The translations under genes were made by a program, and so were the position numbers. Shown in pieces: positions 25,967 to 32,000 of a stretch of DNA of 32,000 nt (the stretch's first letter is position 1; each line of letters starts with the position of its first letter). Origin of the DNA: Candidatus Kuenenia stuttgartensis (GTDB taxonomy: Bacteria; Planctomycetota; Brocadiia; Brocadiales; Brocadiaceae); assembly GCF_900232105.1 (NCBI RefSeq), contig NZ_LT934425.1, positions 4,110,001 to 4,142,000 on the forward strand, written 5' to 3'. Under the pieces are notes generated by a model. The model ran no database searches, had not been told where the DNA came from, and saw only the letters and a list, made by a program, of their open reading frames with translations.

Positions 25967-26621
25967 TTATATTTTTTGTAATTCCTCTTCTCTGTTTATT
26001 GTCTGATCGGCTTTATAGAATTCTTCACTATCCGGCAGCAACATGAAAAATTTTGGTGTATAGTCTATTTGCAGCATTGTCTCTTCTATCGTAAAATCCA
26101 AAACGTGCCCGCCCATTTTGGTGTCTTTGCTTATGAAATGAAAGTGATATCCCGGAACATTTAATCCTTCAACAAACGGCGGACAACGAAAGCCAACAAT
26201 AGTACCCTCTATGTTTTTCGAATAAAAAAGCGGTTGTTTCTTTATAATAGCAGAAAGCGGCGCGTATGGTTTATGTTGTTTCGGAACACTTCGCAATTTT
26301 ATATCGCGAAAACGTCCCTTTATCTGAATGGCATAGAAAATATTTTTTGTGGGAACGGCATTGTCCATAACCAGTTTAAACGTCTTAAAATCTACTCCCG
26401 GCTGTAATAACCAGGCCATCATGTTTTACCTGATAAATATTTCCACCTACAACTACCATTTCACCATCAAGGGCATTGAATGTTCCAATGCCAAAATTGC
26501 CATATTTTTTCAACTGGTCAATGGTAGTTTCTCCATTATAAATACCGCTTAACAAAGAAAATAAGGGGGTCATATCTGAATATTTTCTTGAATTGTTTAT
26601 GTATTGTATGATCCTTTGCAA
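25967..26621 (-). pseudogene. budA: Acetolactate decarboxylase, split by a 1-nt frameshift
   Basis: N-part GNFGIGTFNALDGEMVVVGGNIYQVKHDGLVITAG; C-part VDFKTF...GTIVGFRCPPFVEGLNVPGYHFHFISKDTKMGGHVLDF. Frames overlap at about 26385-26422; removing one G of ACAGCCGGGAGT fuses them. Confidence 0.82.
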
Positions 26622-27045
26622 GCCGTTGACGGAAACGGCTGACTGCTTTACTCACAGAAAAATAACTCCGTGCTCCATACCTTTGACTGATTTCTTTTAA
26701 TGTCATGCCACCATGATTTACCGCTAGAAATAGCATTATCTGTCTGGCAATATTATTATACATTGGCATTTCTAACGTTTCCCTTTTTACCCCAAATTCT
26801 TTGCAAACATGCTCCTCTAACGTGTCAACCGATATATCCTTCCTGAATGGTTTTACCCCGCTTAATTCTCTTGATGAAAAATTATCCTATCTTTTAAGTA
26901 CTGTCTTTACCCAATCATCACTGCCCAATATCCACTTTCCCGCTGCTTTCAACCCCGGGTTGCTTCTATCCCTTATCCCTTCCCGGATAAATTCTAAATA
27001 CTGCCCGTTTGCCCTATTCTTACTTTGAAATTCCATGCACAAATT
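26536..27045 (-). pseudogene. C-terminal remnant of a REP-associated (IS200/TnpA_REP-like) transposase with DnaA-like HTH
   Basis: Two segments: RSNPGLKAAGKWILGSDDWVKTVLK and VDTLEEHVCKEFGVKRETLEMPMYNNIARQIMLFLAVNHGGMTLKEISQRYGARSYFSVSKAVSRFRQRL, interrupted by a stop. Confidence 0.55.
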
Positions 27046-27063
27046 TATGGGATCAGGTACAAC

Positions 27064-27152
27064 CCAATGTCATTAAGTTAAGGTTATTTGATTAAAAACA
27101 ACCCCCTATTTCCTCCTTTTCTAAGGGGGACTTTTACGGCCGGTAGATCAAC
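27064..27152 (-). repeat. Inverted copy of dispersed repeat at 16291..16380
   Basis: CCAATGTCATTAAGTTAAGG...AACAACCCCCTATTTCCTCCTTTTCTAAGGGGGACTT matches the reverse complement. Confidence 0.8.
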
Positions 27153-27349
27153 TTAATGATATCACCCCTTCGGGGTTAATTATGGGTTTTTCGCATAATT
27201 TCTATAATCATTTCATCCCTTCGGGATTATTGGAATTATTCAAAGAACTAAAATGCTACGTGAATATTAACTCAACGCCTTCACCACATAACTTTAATAT
27301 AATAATGGCGGTATTTTCTGTTCACATTTTTATTTCACCATTTTTTGGC

Positions 27350-27817
27350 TTATTCTGATTCCAGATTTTTTAAGTAATTAAAAAGATTTGATTTAAATCT
27401 CACCCACACATTTTCAATATTTGCTATGCCTTCTTTCATACGGTCCCATTCCAATTGAAATCCATAACTATGGTAAACGACATGTCTGAACCTGCGAAAA
27501 GGCGCTAAAGCAGACTATAGCAATTCATCAAACAATTCTGGCAAAGGAGTATGCGATGGGGCACAAAACCGCTTGAACAAATCCATATGCCAGGTATCGC
27601 CTGCGGGAAGAGGAATGGAATAAAATTTACTAATGCGTTTTAGGATATTTTCAATCCCACCATAAAATTGGGCAAGAAAAGCAGCAGCGGCAGTCTTTTC
27701 ACGTGTAGTTGGTTCACGATCTGCGATGTCATTGCGCAAAGAAGTAATCTCTCGCAAAATACCTTCGATTAGCTCTATCTCAATATAAACTTCCTCTTTA
27801 AGTTCATCGGCTATCAC
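27350..27817 (-). pseudogene. HepT-like toxin with in-frame amber codon
   Basis: Continuous frame: ...PAGDTWHMDLFKRFCAPSHTPLPELFDELL*SALAPFRRFRHVVYHSYGFQLEWDRMKEGIANIENVWVRFKSNLFNYLKNLESE*. FRHVVYHSYGF is the HepT-like RHxxxHxYxx region. Confidence 0.78.
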
Positions 27818-28083
27818 AGTATTATTCTCCCTTTACTTTCGATGTGTTTGGTGAATCGGGATGGTGGACTCAAAGGCACAAGATCAAGCGGTGCATGCAG
27901 TTCTTCTTCCAGCCTTGCCGCCAGTTCATAAAGCTTCCAACCGGCAACACCGTCACAGGCAATATCAATATCCCTTGCTTGCGTTGGAGTCTCTATAATG
28001 CTTCCAAAAAGGATTAATCGGGTTGCACCGTAACTTTTAGCCAGAGAAACGATTTTTTCAATTTGTGACTGGGTAATTGGCAT
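27814..28083 (-). CDS. MntA-like nucleotidyltransferase-domain antitoxin
   Basis: ATRLILFGSIIETPTQARDIDIACDG (GSx...DxD minimal nucleotidyltransferase); 4-nt overlap with the HepT-like gene. Confidence 0.85.
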   Translation of the reverse strand: MPITQSQIEKIVSLAKSYGATRLILFGSIIETPTQARDIDIACDGVAGWKLYELAARLEEELHAPLDLVPLSPPSRFTKHIESKGRIIL

Positions 28084-28444
28084 CTTCGAATCTCCTTAAA
28101 CGGTTATATAAAATCATCGTACAAGATCAGAAGAGTAATTCAGGGGACACCATACTTAATTTTAGGAATCTTCGCTTTCCTCTAAAATGTAAAAGCGTCG
28201 AATCTTTTAAAATGACGATTTATTTGTTCCATTTAGAAATCAATAAATCTTTGTATTTCGTCAATAATAAACAGGCTGTCCAAGAATGTAATCAGCAAAA
28301 CTTTTTTTCGTCTCTTTGCAGAGTGTTCAGGAAGGTTCTCAAAGCACTTCCGGAAACGATCCGTTGTCTGATGCATTTATAAAGCGCCGTCACTCCTTAT
28401 CGGATTCTTTTTTTAAGCCATTTATCAAGAGACTCCTGGCTTTC

Positions 28445-28693
28445 TCAGGAACGTCTACCAGCTAATATGCCTTCGAAGCTAATACCTTCATCAAGATCAG
28501 GCCAATGAATTCCTTCTCCATCTCCAATCAATTCATAGTTTCCTCGTTCTGGTTTATTACCGTTCAGCAATCGAGGAAACCAAATAATGGGAACGGATAT
28601 ATTTCTCTCATCATTTAAATAAACTACAAAAGAACTCTCTGTAAAAACAACTTTTTGAGCCAGATATTCATGTTCAAGCACTAAAGCACTCAT
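28445..28693 (-). CDS. DUF2442-domain protein
   Basis: VYLNDERNISVPIIWFPRLLNGNKPERGNYELIGDGEGIHWPDLDEGISFEGILAGR. Confidence 0.88.
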   Translation of the reverse strand: MSALVLEHEYLAQKVVFTESSFVVYLNDERNISVPIIWFPRLLNGNKPERGNYELIGDGEGIHWPDLDEGISFEGILAGRRS

Positions 28694-28714
28694 TCCATTT
28701 GTCCTGAAATAATT

Positions 28715-28855
28715 TTAATTTTCTTCTACCAATTTTTGAATCTTTATGAGATCACTATCACTAAATCCCTTAGATTTTTGTAGACGGATTGGATTTAATC
28801 AAAATTTGGCCGTAAATCTTTCCTTTTTTACATGAATATGGTCAGGAAATTGCAT
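28715..28855 (-). pseudogene. DUF4160-like protein remnant with in-frame TGA
   Basis: MQFPDHIHVKKERFTAKF*LNPIRLQKSKGFSDSDLIKIQKLVEEN*; in the usual DUF4160-DUF2442 order. Confidence 0.6.
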
Positions 28856-29250
28856 TCCTTTTCCCCTTTGAAGCGGCATTAAAACAAAAAACGAAGAAGA
28901 TTACAATTTATTAATTCTTTATAACTATTCAGCATAATCTATTAAACTACTGAGGTACAACTCGTCCTCAAACTCCTGTTTGCGAAATGTGCATTCCCGA
29001 TTTTTTGTAACCGTTTGTGTGATTGGGGCAAAACAACGCTGCCACGGGTTAATACTACTGTACGTTTCATTAAAACATGGCAGAAGTCAAAAAAAACCGG
29101 GAATGCACCTGGATCAACCCCACAAGGGCATGAAAGCTGCAAAAAATGTGGCAAGCCTGTCCCCCCGCTGGCGGGGGATTAAGGAGGTGGAATTGTCTGC
29201 GGAGGAAATCTGGGAGGTTTATAACATGAATAGCCATAAGTTTTTCTTCT

Positions 29251-29482
29251 CATTCCTACGCTCTCAGACTGGGTCAAGTGGGCAATTTTATCCTATTTCA
29301 CGATATGAATTTCCCACTTTAATAGAAAAACAGTAATAAATTGAGCATGAAATAGGCAAAATGTGATAAGTTGCCCCCGCTTGTGAGACAACAAAGTTCA
29401 TTTGACCCAGTCTGTCTGCGTGGGAATGCATGTCACGAATCAGGATAAAATTGTCCACTTGACCAGTCTGCAGAGCGTGGGA
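29251..29482. repeat. Nested inverted-repeat structure
   Basis: CATTCCTACGCTCTCAGACTGGGTCAA (29251) is inverted at 29402-29428 (TTGACCCAGTCTGTCTGCGTGGGAATG). A second inverted arm, AGGATAAAATTGTCCACTTGACCAGTCTGCAGAGCGTGGGAA, lies just downstream. Confidence 0.85.
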
Positions 29483-29556
29483 AAGAGGGGCAGATTTGTT
29501 TTCATAACAAAGGGGGTAGTTGAATCGATGGAGAAATCCAGTCCACCCCCTGCACC

Positions 29557-30958
29557 CATAAGCGCTAACTTGTTTTAGGTATGCTCGAAGTATTTTGATA
29601 TCTGTGTTTTTCGGATTCTTGTATTTTCTGCTAAAGAACAAGCAATGTCATTCCAGCACTTAAGAACTTCCTGTAATGATAACGCTGGTTCTATAGCCCG
29701 TTTTACTTGATTAAGCATAAAAGCAAATTCACGCCATTTGCTTTTAGTCTTCTTGCTTGACAATGAAGTATCCCCAAGGGGAAAAAGACGTAGCAAAATC
29801 TATTAGTTTTTCTGTCAAAAGAGCAACGAATAGTTTGCCATAAAGCCAAGCTTTTGAGCTATCATCATCGTATTTAGGTAAGTGTCCAAATTGTGCTATT
29901 TGTTTAAATCTTTTAAAGACCAGTTCAATTTGCCATCGAACTCGATACCATTCTAAGATATCAAAAGCGGTAAATTGATTTTCAGGAAACGTTGTGAATA
30001 CTATTACGTACTTGGCATAAATAAGGGTCTCCGGTTTTAGTTCAATGCCCTTTTTGCTTGCATGTCTTTTAAGTTTTTTATGAGCTATTTTAATGGCTTC
30101 TTCTGTTTTGCGTATTATACAAAGACTACCTTTGACATATTCAGTATTATCAACGTTTGGAATAAAAACGTTCCATGATTTTATAGCAAGGGGTCTTTTT
30201 AAATATTGGATTTCTTTCAATAAAGGAAAGGGTTTCTTTTCTTCGCCGAATATCCGTAGAGATTGCGAATTAACTCTAACGCTAAGATAAGCGCCTTTCC
30301 TTGTTGCATGATGAATTCCTTGGCCAGTACAGTAACCTCTGTCAGCTATAATATAATCATCTTTTTTCATCGGAAACTGCCGAAAAGATTCTCCTGTGCC
30401 TTCTCCTTCAGTTCCCGTAAGTTTAAAGAAATCGCAAGATAATGAAGGAACCTCAATACTATAATGAATGCGCCAAAGACTTCCTGTTTTCCCAGGTTCC
30501 TTTACTGTTGTTGCATCAAATAAGCGAAGATGAAAATTATTCCGTTTATTAATTTGGAGGCCACGCTCACGGAATAAAGATAAACATAATTTATATAGCC
30601 ATTCTTTGCTCTTTTTTAATCGCTTTAATAAGGCAACATCGGATAAATCTGCTAAGTTAGCACGCTTGGCTCGAACTACTGTTTCACGCAATGAATAGCC
30701 ACATCCTAAATGAATTAATAATGTTCGAAGAAGCTTTTCTTCAGATTTATCCTTGCGCAAGCCTTTTAAAGCATTTGTATCAACGGCTAAACTTTTCCAA
30801 TCGTTTGGGAAGAAAGTTCTTAGAAGATCCCAATCTTCTCTCATCATGGCTTTATCCTCCTATAGAGTGATTAGCGGGATAATTAATATAAAAATACCAT
30901 GATGAATAAAAATACCATGATGAATAAAATTTGTCAATAAAACAAGTTAGCGCTTATG
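29557..30958 (-). mobile_element. IS4-family insertion sequence with perfect 20-bp TIRs and 11-bp TSD
   Basis: TIR CATAAGCGCTAACTTGTTTT at 29557 and its exact reverse complement ending 30958; TSD CCCCCTGCACC at 29546-29556 and 30959-30969. Confidence 0.93.
29744..30847 (-). CDS. IS4-family transposase, N-terminal and catalytic part (C-terminus continues out of frame in 29575..29796)
   Basis: FDATTVKEPGKTGSLWRIHY, DDYIIADRGYC, YRVRWQIELVFKRFKQIAQFGHLP (Y-R-E-K signature). The C-terminal piece SKWREFAFMLNQVKRAIEPALSL is in another frame. Confidence 0.9.
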   Translation of the reverse strand: MMREDWDLLRTFFPNDWKSLAVDTNALKGLRKDKSEEKLLRTLLIHLGCGYSLRETVVRAKRANLADLSDVALLKRLKKSKEWLYKLCLSLFRERGLQINKRNNFHLRLFDATTVKEPGKTGSLWRIHYSIEVPSLSCDFFKLTGTEGEGTGESFRQFPMKKDDYIIADRGYCTGQGIHHATRKGAYLSVRVNSQSLRIFGEEKKPFPLLKEIQYLKRPLAIKSWNVFIPNVDNTEYVKGSLCIIRKTEEAIKIAHKKLKRHASKKGIELKPETLIYAKYVIVFTTFPENQFTAFDILEWYRVRWQIELVFKRFKQIAQFGHLPKYDDDSSKAWLYGKLFVALLTEKLIDFATSFSPWGYFIVKQED

Positions 30959-31242
30959 CCCCCTGCACCCCCGCCAGCGGAGGACATAGTTTGAGCAGGA
31001 TCATTCCCGATTTTTGGTTAACTAATTGTACAAGGACTATTGTACAAGGACTAAAGTGTTACCAAATTTCACCATTAAATATTTTGCCAAAAATGCTAAG
31101 AAATTACTGATAAGGTACTAAAAAATCCCCCCCGGCAGACTTCTGGCAGGAGCCTTTAAAAAAAGGAAGCAAATCTTGCGCATACGCTTATTTTCAGTTG
31201 ACAACTCTTATATACAAAACTATCATCTCTGCATGTTTTCAT

Positions 31243-32000
31243 TTGCCAATATTAAACAATATAAAAAAATATTACTCTTATTCCTGCTGATAGTGTTCGC
31301 AAGCAGTATTATTGCACCCGTAGTAAAAGTATTTTTGGATTCATTTTTACCCTCAAATTCTTTTTTCGTTAATTTATTGGATTATGAAGATGGTCACTAT
31401 AATTTTGCAAGAGTCATGCGGCGCATTATCATGGCGGTCGCCATTCTATGCATATTTTTATTGAGAAAATCACTCATGTTTCCTTCCTTTGGTACTATTG
31501 GTTTAAAGCCCGGTAAAGGCTGCTGGCAAAAATTGCAAATTGGATTTCTTATTAGCACCGGTATGTGTATTCTCTATTTCGCATTTTTATATTTTTACGG
31601 AATTGTTACTTTTGAAATAGAAACAATGTCTCCCGGCAGTTTGATCGGTAAAGTTTTCACCTTGATAATAATCGCCGTTGTTGTGGGCGGCGTAGAAGAG
31701 TTTATTTTCAGAGGATTTATCCTTCAAAGCATTTTAAGAGATACGAAGGTGTTATTTGCCGTTTGTTTCTGCAGTATGTTTTACGCATTGCTCCACTTCT
31801 TCAAGGCGAACTCACTCGTTACTCCGGGTTTTCAACCCTTTATTGGTTTTATTGTAGTATATCAATCTTTCGCCAATATTATTCTCACTATTGCAGAGAC
31901 ACTTCCACTAATTATTGGGCTCTTCATTGTTGGCGTGGTGCTTTCGTACGCCTATTTGAAAACAAATTCATTGTACCTCTCCATTGGACTGCATGCCGGA
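31243..32000 (+). CDS. CPBP/CAAX-type intramembrane protease-like protein (runs off right edge)
   Basis: Open plus-strand frame with TM segments and VVGGVEEFIFRGFILQSILRDTKVLFAVCFCSMFYALLHFFKAN (EExxxR ... H motifs). TTG start at 31243 is a guess. Confidence 0.75.

Noticed and set aside
28942-29336. ORFs 28942..29154 (minus) and 28980..29336 (plus) as genes
   Set aside because: Mutually overlapping on opposite strands in a repeat-rich region with no motif; more likely decayed or non-coding sequence.
1-32000. CRISPR array
   Set aside because: No regularly spaced direct repeats of 24-40 bp with unique spacers were found; repeated elements are kilobases apart and palindromic.

Overview
The window looks like a chromosomal segment from an anammox planctomycete (Candidatus Kuenenia/Brocadia-like). 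That assignment is inferred from the operon at the left edge, not from a database search. (1) 1-5626, minus strand: a bc1/b6f-type respiratory operon. It encodes a Rieske protein, a GltD-like FAD/NAD(P) oxidoreductase with C-terminal ferredoxin-type clusters, cytochrome b, a subunit IV, a hexaheme cytochrome c, and the N-terminus of a hydroxylamine-oxidoreductase-like multiheme protein. (2) 5972-9816: a compact sulfur/cysteine cluster with TusA, a JAMM/M67 peptidase, a CysK/CysM-like enzyme, DsrE, a siroheme [4Fe-4S] sulfite reductase and a precorrin-2 dehydrogenase. lysA and argH follow. (3) 12.6-21.8 kb: a dense, same-strand island of small toxin-antitoxin-like gene pairs. Many carry single lesions that the ORF track hides: a brnA antitoxin split by a 148-bp MITE with target-site duplication, frameshifted brnT and parE, a nonsense codon at codon 3 of a duplicated toxin, and a shared frameshift in a duplicated uncharacterised pair. 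The island also has a dispersed ~50-bp palindromic repeat, a segmental duplication ordered A-B-X-B'-A', and an IS630 element. (4) 22.0-25.9 kb: a three-gene phosphorelay whose first gene has a plant ETR1-like ethylene-binding membrane domain with the copper-site residues, and whose last gene joins a receiver domain to a membrane domain. (5) 26-31 kb: broken acetolactate decarboxylase, a TnpA_REP remnant, a MntA/HepT pair with an amber-interrupted HepT, DUF4160/DUF2442 genes, a complex inverted repeat, and an IS4-family element with perfect 20-bp terminal inverted repeats and an 11-bp target duplication. The right edge holds a CPBP/CAAX-protease-like gene. I found no CRISPR array, tRNA or rRNA.
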